A stretch of 64,000 nt of DNA from Minisyncoccota bacterium (GTDB lineage: Bacteria; Patescibacteriota; Minisyncoccia; Phycocordibacterales; UBA9973). Position numbers and translations under genes: made by a program. Position 1 is the stretch's first letter. Every line of letters begins with the position of its first letter. Location of the stretch: contig JBAYKO010000003.1 in NCBI GenBank assembly GCA_041664605.1, positions 6,858 to 70,857 of the forward strand, in the 5' to 3' direction. The notes under the pieces were generated by a model. It ran no database searches. It was not told where the DNA came from and saw nothing but the letters and a program-made list of their open reading frames with translations. Shown here one piece after another: positions 50,202 to 62,600 of this stretch.

Positions 50202-50927
50202 ATGGAAGAACAAAAAAATAAAATAAGTATAAGTTCAATTATTATAGTCGTGGTTTTCTTGGTAGTTTTAATAGGTTTAATAGCAACTTTTAAAAAATCA
50301 CCTGTACCCCAAAATTTAAATGAAAATAGTAATCAACTCACTATTTTGACCCCAAAGCAGTTACCTGAAGCTTATAAAAATGATCATTATTTTGGAAATG
50401 GAGATGAAAGTGTTGTTATTGTTGAATATTCTGATACAGAATGTCCTTTCTGTAAGAGATTTCAAGGAACCATGCAAGAAGTTATGAAAAATTATTCGGG
50501 AAGAGTAGCTTGGGTCTATAGACATGTTCCCCTTGATTCATTACACACAAAAGCCAGAAAAGAAGCAGAAGCCACAGAATGTGCAGCTGAGTTGGGGGGT
50601 AATGAAATTTTCTGGAAATATTTAGATGCAATTTTTACAATTACTCCATCAAATGACGGGTTAGATTTGGCTGAATTACCTAAAATTGCCGTTGACCTTG
50701 GTCTTAATAAAGTTGACTTTGAAGAATGTTTAGCAAGTGGTAAATATGCAGAAAAAGTTGAAGCCGATGCACAATTAGCTGTAAAAGCAGGTGCAAAAGG
50801 TGCCCCATATAGTGTAATAATCAAAAAAGATGGAACACAAACTATCGTAAATGGTGCTTATTATTACGATCTACCAGACCAGCCAACTCTATCACTTAAA
50901 ACAATGATTGAAGCCGCTCTAAAATAA
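50202..50927 (+). CDS. DsbA/BdbD-like thiol-disulfide oxidoreductase
   Basis: N-terminal TM; EYSDTECPFC, YRHVPL, EAEATECA. Confidence 0.9.
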   Translation: MEEQKNKISISSIIIVVVFLVVLIGLIATFKKSPVPQNLNENSNQLTILTPKQLPEAYKNDHYFGNGDESVVIVEYSDTECPFCKRFQGTMQEVMKNYSGRVAWVYRHVPLDSLHTKARKEAEATECAAELGGNEIFWKYLDAIFTITPSNDGLDLAELPKIAVDLGLNKVDFEECLASGKYAEKVEADAQLAVKAGAKGAPYSVIIKKDGTQTIVNGAYYYDLPDQPTLSLKTMIEAALK

Positions 50928-50988
50928 AAAGAGTAATAAAAAAATCCTTAACATATGTTAAGGATTTTTTTAATTACTTCAAGATAAT

Positions 50989-52860
50989 TTATAATCCAAA
51001 ACTTGATGGAACAACAACAGTGGAAAAACCAAGTCTAGGTGAAAAAACTGTTCCTGTTGGTATAATTTGAGTCCACGTTATTCCATCATTTGAAGACCAA
51101 ATATCATTGTCTGGTCCACAAGAACCAGGGATAGTACAAGAAGTGCCGTCTGGTGTTGCCCCTGCCACGATAAACATTTTTCCATTAAGCACAAAAGAAG
51201 AATGCCAATATCTATCATAAAAAGAATTAGTGGAAGATTTTAAAGACCAAGGCGCGTCGTATAAAACTTCAGTCCAGTGTAATCCATCAGAAGAAGACCA
51301 AACATCAGCAAGATTATTAGTATTACTAAATCCTGCTTCTCCACCTAAAATCCATATTTTATTATTATAAAATAATGACGTAAGCCCATAACGTGGCTCC
51401 CACATTGTTCCTATTGGTATTTCTTGTTGCCAAGTAATACCATCAACTGAAGACCATATTTCGTTAGTACTACCAGTACCAGTAGAATTATATCCTCCAA
51501 ATGACCATATTTTTCCATAAGCAACAACTGAGGCTGTAAAGCTACCTGCAGGTAAGGTAGAATTCTGTGTCCCATTTTCAGTTAACCAAGAACTTCCATC
51601 TGAAGAAGACCAGAGATCAGAAAAAAGACCCAGGGTAGAACCAACACGCAATGCTCTCAATTTGTTGTTAAAAATTTCTAAAGTATGACTTGCAACCAAA
51701 TTACATCCTTGAAAGACATGTTCAAGATTCCAAATAGAACCATTACTTGAAGACCAAACATCACTAAAAGAACCGGGAAAATTATCGCTACCGCCAACAA
51801 CCCAAATTTTATTATTAAAAAGTTTTGAATTATATGGCAAAAATATTCTAGGAGACCACTTAGTTGTTGGTAATGGATCATTAATAGAAAGTAAATTCCA
51901 GTTTTTTCCATTATAGGACTGGTAAACATCATTAAAATTATTTCCATCACTACCCCCCATTAAAATAACTTTTTCTTTACATTTTCCTGAACGATCGGCA
52001 TTGAAAATAGATTGTAATTCAATCTGAGAAAGACCTCTGTTGAAAAATTCAATCTCATCCATATATCCTTTTAAATGTACTGCAAACCCATAGTTTGAAC
52101 CAGAACCAAAGAGTAAATTACTAGAAGTAGAAGACAAACTCGTTGGTAAAATAGTTGTACTATATAAATTAACCATCGTCGGAATCTGGATACCATTAAC
52201 ATAAATCTTCATTATGTTTGTCGCATTTTGAGAACCATCGTAAGTTACAGCAATAAAATTCCAATTATTTAAACTAAGAGGAGTTGTTGTAGTATAAATT
52301 GAACGATATGTATTGTTTACACCAAAAACAGTAAAGGTAAGGTTTAACCCATCAGAAACAACTGAATAAGTTCCATCTTTAAAAATTTGATATGTATTAA
52401 AAGTTGTCTGTAGAGTTGGTTTTAACCAATAATCAAAAGTAAAAGCATTAGTGGAAGGAACTAAGGTCGAATCGTTTTGTACCTCCATATAATCATTGAT
52501 ACCGTCAAAAGAGAATGCTCCTGCAACCTTACCATTACTTAAGATTGTAGTTCCATTTAAAACACCATTGTTTTTATGAGACTCCCTTGCAATATCAGAA
52601 GCATTAGTATCTCCAGGCCACCAACTAACTAAATTGTCTGGTGGCACAACACAAGGACTTATTTTTGAAGATGGAGACGGTGTTGGGGTGGGAATTGTGG
52701 TTCCAATAGCCATAGATGATATTTGGGATTGAGAACTAGAAATCTGTTTCTGGAGAGATTCTGTTTGTTTTTGTGAATCAATCAGATTATATGCTTCAAT
52801 ATTTGATGTAAATGTAAAAAATATTACAAGAATCAAAGGGAAAATGACAGTTTTTTTCAT
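50989..52860 (-). CDS. secreted LamG/concanavalin-like protein with Kelch-like beta-propeller
   Basis: LVSWWPGD..FSFDG..FIAVTYDG..IYVNG..GYMDE; repeated KIW.GG...DVWSSSDG..W units. Confidence 0.82.
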   Translation of the reverse strand: MKKTVIFPLILVIFFTFTSNIEAYNLIDSQKQTESLQKQISSSQSQISSMAIGTTIPTPTPSPSSKISPCVVPPDNLVSWWPGDTNASDIARESHKNNGVLNGTTILSNGKVAGAFSFDGINDYMEVQNDSTLVPSTNAFTFDYWLKPTLQTTFNTYQIFKDGTYSVVSDGLNLTFTVFGVNNTYRSIYTTTTPLSLNNWNFIAVTYDGSQNATNIMKIYVNGIQIPTMVNLYSTTILPTSLSSTSSNLLFGSGSNYGFAVHLKGYMDEIEFFNRGLSQIELQSIFNADRSGKCKEKVILMGGSDGNNFNDVYQSYNGKNWNLLSINDPLPTTKWSPRIFLPYNSKLFNNKIWVVGGSDNFPGSFSDVWSSSNGSIWNLEHVFQGCNLVASHTLEIFNNKLRALRVGSTLGLFSDLWSSSDGSSWLTENGTQNSTLPAGSFTASVVAYGKIWSFGGYNSTGTGSTNEIWSSVDGITWQQEIPIGTMWEPRYGLTSLFYNNKIWILGGEAGFSNTNNLADVWSSSDGLHWTEVLYDAPWSLKSSTNSFYDRYWHSSFVLNGKMFIVAGATPDGTSCTIPGSCGPDNDIWSSNDGITWTQIIPTGTVFSPRLGFSTVVVPSSFGL

Positions 52861-52910
52861 AAAATTTATAATTAATTGCTAATAGTTCATGTATAGCACA
52901 ATGGTTAAAT

Positions 52911-54230
52911 TTAATCAAAGTAGTTTTTTAATCGGAGTATTTTATCGTTGGATCTTAGTTTTTCATGAACTTTAGCTTCAATCTGTCTTATTCTCTCTCT
53001 TGTAACTCCGAATTCTTGACCCACTTCTTCTAGAGTATGTTGTACTCCGTCTATTAAACCATATCTTAATTCTAAAATTTTTCTTTCTTTTGGAGTAAGT
53101 TCTTCTAATACTTCTTTGATTTGATCAGACAAAATTCTCCTCGAAGAATCTTGATCAGGGCGAAGAATTTTATCATCAGCAATAAATTCGCCTAGTGTTG
53201 ATTTTTCATCGTCATCTCCTATTGGTTGTTCAAGTGATCTTGTGTCTTGATTAATATTTTCAATCATATGAATTTTTTCTACCTCAAGCCCCATTTCGGC
53301 AGCAATTTCTTCAGGCAATGGATCCCGCCCTAAATCTTGAGAAAGTCTTCTAAAAACCTGCTTATATTTTGATATAGTTTCAACCATGTGCACTGGAATT
53401 CTAATTGTTCTTGATTGATCTGCTAAGGCTCTTGTAATTGATTGGCGAATCCACCAAGTAGCGTAAGTTGAAAATTTATAACCCTTAGTCCAGTCAAATT
53501 TTTCAACCGCCTTAAAAAGACCGAGATTTCCTTCTTGAATGAGATCAAGTAAAGTTAGATCCTGACTTCTGCCAACATATTTTTTCGCAATAGAAACAAC
53601 AAGCCTCAAGTTAGCACGAGCTAAAAGATTTTTTGCTTCCAAATCACCTTTTTCAATTTTTTTCGCTAGCTCTTTTTCTTCGTCTGCTAAAATCAAAGGA
53701 TACTGACCAATTTCTTTTAAATACATCTGAATTGAATCATAGGTCGCAGCATCTTTTATATACTTACTACTTTTTTCTAAAACAGAATCTATATCCAGCA
53801 AGTTTCCTCCCTCTAAAACATCTATACCTGTTACACTTAATTTTTCATAAAGCTCATCAAGAAAAACAATATTATTTTCTATATCAGGAAATTTTTTTAA
53901 TATTTCATCATAAGTAATAAAACCTCTTTTTTTCCCTTTATTTACAAGCTCTTCTGCCCCAGTCTGTAAAAGTTCTAATTTTTTTTGCAAAGTCATAACT
54001 ACTTTTTTTTCTGGTTTTTCTGTAATGCTTTTTTTCTTAGTAGCAAAAATTGCAATCTTTCTTTGTTTGGTAGTTTTATTTTTTATTGGTTTTTTAATTA
54101 TTTTTGGCTTTGTTTTTTTAACTGAACCTTTTTTTACACTTATTGGGCGAGTCTTTTTTGAGACTATTGATTTTACTTTCTTACTTGCCCCGCCTTGACG
54201 TAGGCTTTTTTTGATTATTTTTTTCTTCAT
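52911..54230 (-). CDS. rpoD: RNA polymerase primary sigma factor with Lys-rich N-terminal extension
   Basis: [55 protein letters not shown]. Confidence 0.96.
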   Translation of the reverse strand: MKKKIIKKSLRQGGASKKVKSIVSKKTRPISVKKGSVKKTKPKIIKKPIKNKTTKQRKIAIFATKKKSITEKPEKKVVMTLQKKLELLQTGAEELVNKGKKRGFITYDEILKKFPDIENNIVFLDELYEKLSVTGIDVLEGGNLLDIDSVLEKSSKYIKDAATYDSIQMYLKEIGQYPLILADEEKELAKKIEKGDLEAKNLLARANLRLVVSIAKKYVGRSQDLTLLDLIQEGNLGLFKAVEKFDWTKGYKFSTYATWWIRQSITRALADQSRTIRIPVHMVETISKYKQVFRRLSQDLGRDPLPEEIAAEMGLEVEKIHMIENINQDTRSLEQPIGDDDEKSTLGEFIADDKILRPDQDSSRRILSDQIKEVLEELTPKERKILELRYGLIDGVQHTLEEVGQEFGVTRERIRQIEAKVHEKLRSNDKILRLKNYFD

Positions 54231-54255
54231 AAAAATTTTATAAAAAGACTTTAAT

Positions 54256-55986
54256 TTATAATTTAAACCTACTATTTTTAATCTCGTTTATTTTTTTTGA
54301 TAAATCATGACATTCTTTTAAAATTACTGTTGCTAAATTTAAATCATTCATATTTTCTGCTTTTTTAAGGTTATACATTAATTTAGCTAATTGTTCTTCT
54401 AATAATTCTTTTTCTAAATTCATTAGAAGTTCATCTATCTCTGATTTTAAATTTTTATCATTTAAATAATAAAATTCAGCTTGAAGTATTAAATTTTGCT
54501 TCTCTTGTTCTGTAATATCTTTTATTTCTGTATCAAAATCTCTTTCGCTAATTTTTTTATATTTTAATTTTATTTCCTCAATATTCACCGCTGGAATTTT
54601 TTCACTTTCCTGCCAAAGGATTATCCCTGTGATTTTATCTTTCATAATATCTTTCATCTTTTTAGATGGCGTATCTCCTGCTTCTGTTTTTTGATTCCTT
54701 AAATCTTCTTTTGTAGCCGGACTTGCAATTTTATCTACTTCTCCCTTTATTAATTCTTCTTCAACTGACAGTTTATTGGCTATTTTTCGTATAAAATGAG
54801 ATTGGTCTATTTTATTATTTATTAAAGAAACATAAGGAAGAATTTTTTTGACTACTTCTTTTTTAAGCATTCTCTCTTCATAATCTTTTTCCATTAACAT
54901 TTCTAGATAAAAATCAACTATATGCTTCGCTTCTTTTAATGAACCTTGCCACTCTTCCTTATTTTCTAAAATCATCTCAGCTGGATCTTTTCCTCCTTTA
55001 ATTTTTACAATTTTAACATCAAGTGAAGATGCTAAGGCTAGTTTTACACTTCTTTCAGAAGCAGAAAAACCTGCATCATCTGCGTCAAAAGCAAGCAATA
55101 AATTATCACTAAATCTTTTAATCAGAGAAATGTGTTCCTCTGTAAGAGCAGTCCCCGAAACCGCTACAGTGTTTCTTGTCCCAGATTGATGAGCCATAAT
55201 TAAATCAATTTGTCCTTCCACTAAAATACAAGAATCGGCATTCATAATATATCTCTTGGCCTTGTCGTAACCATATAGAATTTTTGATTTATTGTAAAGA
55301 ACTGTCTCAGGACTATTAACATACTTGGCTCCTTTGTTTTCCTCACTCTCATTAAATATTCTTCCAGAGAAACCAACCGTTCTTCCTTGACTATTATTTA
55401 GTGGAAACATTATCCTTCCTCTAAATCTATCATAGTAACCTTTTTCACTTTTAATAATAAGACCAACCTTTTCAATTTGCGGTTCCTTAAAATTTTTCCC
55501 TTGTAAATAATGAAGTAAAAGTCTCCATTCATTTGGAATGTACCCAATTCTAAATTCTTTTATTGTCTCATCTTTTAACCCCCTTTTTCTTAAATATTCA
55601 AGAACTTCAGGATTTTTATAAAGATTGTTTTCAAAAAATTTAGTGGATTCTTCTAAAATATCGTAAAGATGATTTTGTTCACTTTTTTCTTCAGGGTTTA
55701 TATTTTTTATCTCTACTCCAGCTCTATCAGCAAGTAATTTTAAGGCTGAATAAAAATCAATTCCTTCTATGTCTTCAGTAAAAGTAAAAATGTCCCCACC
55801 TCTATTACAACCGAAACAATGATAACTGTTCCTTGTGGGTGATACCATAAAAGAAGGTGATTTTTCATTATGAAAAGGACATTTAGCTTTTAGATTTGAC
55901 CCAGCTTTCTCTAATTTTACATAAGATGAAATAACATCAACAATATTAAGTCTTTCTTTTATTTGTTCAACAGTAGATGTTGTCAT
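54256..55986 (-). CDS. dnaG: DNA primase
   Basis: [47 protein letters not shown]. Confidence 0.97.
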   Translation of the reverse strand: MTTSTVEQIKERLNIVDVISSYVKLEKAGSNLKAKCPFHNEKSPSFMVSPTRNSYHCFGCNRGGDIFTFTEDIEGIDFYSALKLLADRAGVEIKNINPEEKSEQNHLYDILEESTKFFENNLYKNPEVLEYLRKRGLKDETIKEFRIGYIPNEWRLLLHYLQGKNFKEPQIEKVGLIIKSEKGYYDRFRGRIMFPLNNSQGRTVGFSGRIFNESEENKGAKYVNSPETVLYNKSKILYGYDKAKRYIMNADSCILVEGQIDLIMAHQSGTRNTVAVSGTALTEEHISLIKRFSDNLLLAFDADDAGFSASERSVKLALASSLDVKIVKIKGGKDPAEMILENKEEWQGSLKEAKHIVDFYLEMLMEKDYEERMLKKEVVKKILPYVSLINNKIDQSHFIRKIANKLSVEEELIKGEVDKIASPATKEDLRNQKTEAGDTPSKKMKDIMKDKITGIILWQESEKIPAVNIEEIKLKYKKISERDFDTEIKDITEQEKQNLILQAEFYYLNDKNLKSEIDELLMNLEKELLEEQLAKLMYNLKKAENMNDLNLATVILKECHDLSKKINEIKNSRFKL

Positions 55987-56037
55987 AATTAAATAAACAT
56001 TAAAAGCCTCTTATTAAATTATTTATTAAGCAGTAAA

Positions 56038-59000
56038 TTACTCTTCTGTATTACCTTCATTCATTTCTCCAACTTCCTCCTCTTCTTCTGGTTTTGCCCT
56101 AAAACCTGTTCCCGCAGGAATCAATCTTCCAATAATAACATTCTCTTTTAATCCTCTTAGATTATCCACTCCACCTCTAATAGCGTTGTTAATAAGAACC
56201 CTATTTGTATTTTGGAATGATGCAGCTGATAACCAACTCTTCGTAGTTAAAGAAACTTCAGAAATACCGAGAACAATTGTTTCCCCTTTTGCTTCTTCTC
56301 CCCCCTCTTCTACTACTCTAATGTTTTCATCTGTAAGTTCTGATACTTCAACAATTTCTCCAGTGGACAAAGTTGTATCGCCAGGATTTTTAACTTTCTT
56401 TCTTGAAAACATTTGCCTAATTATAATTTCAATATGTTTCCTAGAAATTGACGCACCCTGAAGCTCATAAACTTTATTTATTTCTCTAATTATATATTCT
56501 TCTGCCATTTCTTTTCCTCCATATTTAAATATTTCAGAAATATCAGCAGACCCATCTGTTATAATTTCACCTTTCTTAATTTTTTGTCCCTTTTTAATTA
56601 AAGGATTTCTTCTAAATGGGACAGGGTATTCAACTTCATTATCTTTACCATCATTCTTACTGTCATTTAGAACAACAATAGTTTTTTCTTTTCCATCATT
56701 TTTTATTTCAATAACTTCCCCATCAGCCTTACTAACAATTGCTGGACTCCTTGGAGTCCTCTTTTCAAATATTTCTTCAACACGAGGAAGACCAGCTGTA
56801 ATATCAAGCATTGCCACACCTCCAGCGTGGAAAGTTCTAAGTGTTAACTGTGTTCCTGGTTCACCGATTGCTTGGGCTGCAACAATTCCAACCGCTTCAC
56901 CCGGTTCAATAAGTTTATTTCTTCCCAAATCAAGACCATAACACATACGACAAACATTATGCACTGTCTTACATGTAAGTGGCCCTCTAACAAAAACTTG
57001 TTCTACTCCAGAACTTTCTATCTTTTTTGCATCTTCTTTTGTTACAATATGACCCTTCTTAAATATAATTTCTCCTTTTCCATCTTTTATATCAGCACCC
57101 AAAACTCTTCCATGAACATTTTTTGAAAGTGGTATTTCAACTCCTAAAATATTTTCTTTACTTACCCATTTACCATCTTTTGTTCCACAATCTTCCTCTG
57201 TAACAATAACATCTTGAGCAACGTCAACTAAACGTCTTGTTAAATATCCAGCTTTTGCAGTCATAAGTGCAGTGTCAGCAAGACCTTTTCTAGCACCGTG
57301 AGTAGTAATGAAGTATTCAACAGGAGATAGCCCCTCTTTATATGATGGAATAATAGGGAAATCAATTGTCTTTCCTGCGGTATTAATAATAAGACCTTTC
57401 ATCCCAGCCATTTGAACAAGGTTATTTATAGATCCTCTAGCTCCTGAATAAAGCATGTCATAAACAGAACCTTTTTTGTCTAATGTTCCAGGAATGACTT
57501 TCTCTATTTCTCCTCTTGCTCCCTCCCAAAGTTCTATTGTTTTCTTAAACTTTTCATCATCAGAAAGAAGTCCATCTTCGTGTTGTGATTCTATTTCATC
57601 TTCTTTTATTTTTGCTCTTTCAATAATTTCTTCTTTTTCTTTTGGAACAATAACATTATCAATTCCCCATGTTATTCCAGCTTTGGTTATATATTTATAT
57701 CCGAAGTCTTTTATTTTATCTAAAATTTTTGCAGTTTCATCAATACTGTATTTTGTTATAAGTTCATCAACTAAGGCAGACATTTTTTTTGATGTTATTT
57801 CTTCATTTATAAAATCAAAATCTTTCGGAAGAACACTATTAAATAAAATTCTTCCTACTGATGTCTCTATTAATTCTCCTTTAAATCTTTTATATCTTAG
57901 ACTTTCTGTTCCCTGAATTTTAATTTTTGACCTGAAGCTAATTTCTCCAAAATCATAAGCAGTAATAGCGAAGTTTGGAGAAGGGAAAATTTTTCCTTCA
58001 CCCTTGTCCCCCTCAACAGCTTTTGTCATCCAATAACATCCCAAAATAATATCCAGTTTAGGATTAACAATAGGATCACCATTTTGTGGTTTAAGTAAGT
58101 TTCTATTTGAAGCCATAAGTTCCCTTGCTTCTGTTTGTGCTTCTTCTCCAAGTGGAACATAAACGGCCATCTGGTCCCCGTCGAAGTCAGCATTGAAAGC
58201 TGTACAAACCAAGGGATGAACTTGAATAGCATTTCCTTCAATTAAGATTGGATTAAAAGCTTGAATTCCAAGACGGTGAAGTGTAGGGGCACGGTTAAGT
58301 AACACATATTTTCCCTTAATAACTTCTTCTAGAATTGCCCAAACTTCATAGACACCTTCTTCAATAAGTTTGTTGGCACCCCTAATATTGTAAGCTAATT
58401 CTCCCTCTAAAATTTTTGCAATTACAAATGGTCTGAAAAGTTCAAGAGCCATATGTTTTGGTAATCCACACTGATTTAATTTTAATTGAGGACCAATAAC
58501 AATAACTGATCTACCAGAATAGTCTACTCTTTTTCCAAGAAGATTTTGTCTGAAAAGACCTTGTTTACTTTTTAGATTATCAGAAAGAGATTTCAAAACT
58601 CTCTTTTGTGATTGACTCATTGCGGGAGAATCGGACTGTTTGGAAATGGAGTTATCGATTAAGGCGTCAATGGCTTCTTGAAGAATTCTTTTTTCATTTC
58701 TTAAAATAACATCTGGAGCTCCGATTTCTTTTAGTTTTTTTAGACGATTGTTTCTATTAATAACTCTTCTATACAAATCATTCAAATCAGATGTTGCATG
58801 GCGTCCCCCATCAAGTGCTACCATTGGGCGAAGTGCTGGTGGAATAACAGGAATAACAGTCAAAAACATCCACTCTGGTCTAATTTCTGATTTAATCATT
58901 GATCTAATTAAACTTAATCTTTTTTCTACTTTTTCTCTTTCTGCTGATCCAACTTTTTCATAAATAGTTTCTACTTGTTCTTTCAATCTGTCGAGATCAA

Positions 59001-59673
59001 GATTTTTGAAAATATTATAAATTGCTTCAGCTCCAATATTTGCTTCAAAACAAGTTCCATATTTTAATGAAAAATAATGATAAGTAACTTCATTTAAAAC
59101 GTTCCCTTCATAAATTTCATTAATTTCTTTTTTTGCGTTACTTAAAAGTTCTTTTAACTTTTCTCTCGTTTCATCATCAGCAGAAGTTTTTACTTTTGAT
59201 TTATACTCACTTTCTAAACTTTTAACAACTGACTCTTTTTCTTCATGATTAACTTTGGTTATTATATGTCCAGCAAAATAAATAACTTTTTCCAAATCAG
59301 AAACTGTAATACCTAAAAGTGTACTCATTTTTGATGGAACACCTCTTAGAAACCATATGTGTGCAACAGGCGTTGCAAGTTCAATATGGCCCATTCTTTC
59401 TCTTCTAACGATTGATCTTGTGACTTCAACTCCACATTTTTCACAAATAATGTCCTTATATCTAATTCTTCTATACTTTCCACAATAACATTCATAATCT
59501 TTTTCAGGACCAAATATTCTTTCATCAAAGAGACCTCCTCTTTCACTTCTTCCAGTTCTGTAGTTTATTGTTTCAGGTTTTGTAACTTCTCCATAAGACC
59601 ATTCTTTTATTTTCTCAGGTGAAGCCAATTTAAGTGTAATGCTACTAAAATCTTTTGTATCTAATGTTTTCAT
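56038..59673 (-). CDS. rpoC: RNA polymerase beta' subunit
   Basis: KPETINYRT, NADFDGD, GEPGTQLT. Confidence 0.99.
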   Translation of the reverse strand: MKTLDTKDFSSITLKLASPEKIKEWSYGEVTKPETINYRTGRSERGGLFDERIFGPEKDYECYCGKYRRIRYKDIICEKCGVEVTRSIVRRERMGHIELATPVAHIWFLRGVPSKMSTLLGITVSDLEKVIYFAGHIITKVNHEEKESVVKSLESEYKSKVKTSADDETREKLKELLSNAKKEINEIYEGNVLNEVTYHYFSLKYGTCFEANIGAEAIYNIFKNLDLDRLKEQVETIYEKVGSAEREKVEKRLSLIRSMIKSEIRPEWMFLTVIPVIPPALRPMVALDGGRHATSDLNDLYRRVINRNNRLKKLKEIGAPDVILRNEKRILQEAIDALIDNSISKQSDSPAMSQSQKRVLKSLSDNLKSKQGLFRQNLLGKRVDYSGRSVIVIGPQLKLNQCGLPKHMALELFRPFVIAKILEGELAYNIRGANKLIEEGVYEVWAILEEVIKGKYVLLNRAPTLHRLGIQAFNPILIEGNAIQVHPLVCTAFNADFDGDQMAVYVPLGEEAQTEARELMASNRNLLKPQNGDPIVNPKLDIILGCYWMTKAVEGDKGEGKIFPSPNFAITAYDFGEISFRSKIKIQGTESLRYKRFKGELIETSVGRILFNSVLPKDFDFINEEITSKKMSALVDELITKYSIDETAKILDKIKDFGYKYITKAGITWGIDNVIVPKEKEEIIERAKIKEDEIESQHEDGLLSDDEKFKKTIELWEGARGEIEKVIPGTLDKKGSVYDMLYSGARGSINNLVQMAGMKGLIINTAGKTIDFPIIPSYKEGLSPVEYFITTHGARKGLADTALMTAKAGYLTRRLVDVAQDVIVTEEDCGTKDGKWVSKENILGVEIPLSKNVHGRVLGADIKDGKGEIIFKKGHIVTKEDAKKIESSGVEQVFVRGPLTCKTVHNVCRMCYGLDLGRNKLIEPGEAVGIVAAQAIGEPGTQLTLRTFHAGGVAMLDITAGLPRVEEIFEKRTPRSPAIVSKADGEVIEIKNDGKEKTIVVLNDSKNDGKDNEVEYPVPFRRNPLIKKGQKIKKGEIITDGSADISEIFKYGGKEMAEEYIIREINKVYELQGASISRKHIEIIIRQMFSRKKVKNPGDTTLSTGEIVEVSELTDENIRVVEEGGEEAKGETIVLGISEVSLTTKSWLSAASFQNTNRVLINNAIRGGVDNLRGLKENVIIGRLIPAGTGFRAKPEEEEEVGEMNEGNTEE

Positions 59674-59693
59674 ATTTTTAACTTAAATTATTA

Positions 59694-62600
59694 TTAAATC
59701 TCTTTTGAGTTTTTCTTATTAAGCTCGACATCAAGTGCAAGACCTCTTAGGTAATTTAACATCACACTAAATGATGCTGGTGCATTTGGTTGCTTAATTT
59801 TTTCACCCTTGATAATGGAATCGAATGTCTGAGATCGACCGATAATATCGTCAGACTTAATTGTAAGCATTTCTCGTAATGTATAAGACGCACCATATCC
59901 TTCAAGTGCCCAGACTTCCATTTCTCCAAATCTCTGACCTCCTCCTTGAGCCTTACCCCCGAGTGGCTGTTGTGTAATTAATGAATATGATCCTATTGAA
60001 CGCATATGAATTTTATCTTCAACCATGTGGTGAAGTTTCAACATATACATATATCCAATAGCAATATCTTGATCAAAAGATTCCCCTGTTCGTCCATCAA
60101 AAAGTTTTACTTTTCCGTTTTCTGGAAAATTGGCTTTCTTTAATTCTGCTTTAATTTCAACATCTGATGCCCCTGAGAACGTCGGAACGATTGCTTGATA
60201 TCCTAAAGTATTTGCTGCATAACCTAAGTGCATTTCCAAAATCTGTCCTAGGTTCATACGAGAAGGCACACCAAGTGGAGTCAAAATAATATCAACTGGT
60301 GTTCCATCTGCCATATATGGCATTTCTTCTTCTGGTAGAATTGTTGAAATAACCCCTTTGTTTCCATGTCTTCCGGCTAATTTATCTCCGACAGAAATAT
60401 TTCTGATTTGAGCAACTTCAACAACAACTTTCTTTATTATTCCTGATTCAAGATTGTGCCCTTGATCTCTAGAAAATATTTTCACACTGATAACTCTACC
60501 TTTCTTTCCGTGTTCCATTCTTAAAGATGTATCTTTAACATCTCTAGCTTTTTCAGCAAAGATTGATCTTAGAAGTCTTTCTTCTGGTGTAAGTTCTGTT
60601 TCACCCTTTGGAGTAATTTTGCCAACCAAAATATCATTCTCTCTTATTTCAGCTCCCACTCTTATAATTCCCTCTTCATCTAGATCTTTTAATTTAGCTT
60701 CACCGACATTTGGAATATCTCTAGTTGTAATTTCAGGTCCTAGCTTTGTATCACGAACTATACAAATAAATTCTTCAATGTGAATGGATGTAAATTTACT
60801 TTTTTTAACAAGTCTTTCAGAAAGAATAATAGCGTCTTCGTAGTTTGATCCGCCCCATGACATAAAAGCAACGAGTGCATTTTGTCCTAGTGCCATTTGT
60901 CCTTGTGCAGTAGATGAAGTATCTGCAAGAACATCCCCTTTTTTAACTTTTTCTCCAACCGAAGTTATTGGTCTTTGATGAAAAGATGAAAAGTTGTTTG
61001 TTCTTGAAAAAGTTACAAGATTATAAACTTTTTCTTTTCCCTTTGTGTCTTTATTTATGATTTTATTAGCATCAACATAAGTAATTACCCCATCCTCTTC
61101 TGCAACAATAAGTCTTCCGGAATCTCTTGATGCAAGTTCTTCCATTCCAGTTGCCACCAATGGAACATCAGGAACGATACAAGGCGTTGCTTGTTTCTGC
61201 ATGTTTGATCCCATCAGAGCTCTGTTTCCATCATCGTGTTCTAGAAATGGAATTGTTGAAGTAGCAATAGAAAAAGCTTGGTTTGTAGCCACATCAATAT
61301 AATCAATTTTTTCTCTTTCAATAAAACCAGGCAAGGTTTTTATTCTAGCTTCAACTTTTTTATCGAGTAAATTTCCTTTTTCATCATAATTTGCTCCAGC
61401 ATGAGCAATAATAAATCTTTCTTCTTCAAGCGCATTCAAGTAGTGAACTTCATCAGTTATTTTTCCTTTGTGTACTTTTACATAAGGAGTTTCAATAATT
61501 CCAAATTCATTTACTCTAGCGTAATTTGATAGGTGAAGAATCAATCCAATGTTTGGACCTTCTGGTGTGTGAATAGGACAAACTCTACCATAGTGAGAAG
61601 TGTGCACATCTCTAACTTCAAGACCTGCTCGTTCTCTTGTTAATCCTCCAGGGCCTAAAGCAGACAGTGTTCTTAAATGTTCAAGTTCAGCCAAGACATT
61701 TTCTTGGTTCATAAATTGTGAAAGTTGGTTTGTTGTAAAAAATTCTTTTATTCTTGCTTGTAATGGTCTCTGATTTATAACTTGAACAGGAAGTGTTGTA
61801 ACTGCATCAATAGTAGACATTCTATCTTGAATATTTCTTTTAATCTGAGTCATACCAACTCTAATTCTGCTTTGTAGAAGTTCCCCAACAAACCTTACTC
61901 TTCTTTGACCTAAGTGGTCAATATCATCAGCTTTTGCGTTTGGATTTGAGTTTAATTCAATAACGTTTGAAATTATAGAAACTAAATCTTCTTTGGAAAT
62001 TGTTCTTCTTTCAAGTTCCTTAGGATCCATACTTTTTTCAAATCTTGAATTAAAACGAAATCTTCCAACTGGAGATAAGTCATATCTTTCAGCACTAAAA
62101 AGTGATTCTATAAATTCTTTTGCATTATCGGCAGTAGCCATGTCGCCATCTCTTAATCTTTTGTAAATTTCAATATATGATTCATTAGGAAGTTTAGCCA
62201 AGTCTTTTTCAAGACAAAGTTTTAAAATTTCTTGATCAAGCTCTTTTGGAAAAGCTTTCAAAATCTCTTGATCATTTTTGAAACCAAGCGCTCTTAAAAG
62301 TGAAGCGATAGGGAATTTTCTTTTCTTGTCGATACGAACATAAAGCGTTCCATCAGTATCTGTTTCGATTTCAATCCATGCCCCACGAGCTGGAATTATT
62401 TTTGCACCAAAATATTTTTTTCCTTTAACTTCTTGGTCAGTAAAAAATACCCCGAAACTTCTAGCAAGTTGAGGTACTATAACTCTTTCTACTCCATTTA
62501 TTATGAAAGTTCCATGAGCTGTCATCATTGGAAGATCAGACATGAAAACTTCTTGTTCTTTAAAACCACCAATAGTCTTATTGGTAAGTTTTACCATAGC

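Noticed and set aside
51060-51960. Recurring GAAGACCA repeats as a DGR or nucleotide repeat array
   Set aside because: They are the codons of the WSS motif in Kelch-like protein repeats; no template/variable pair or RT.
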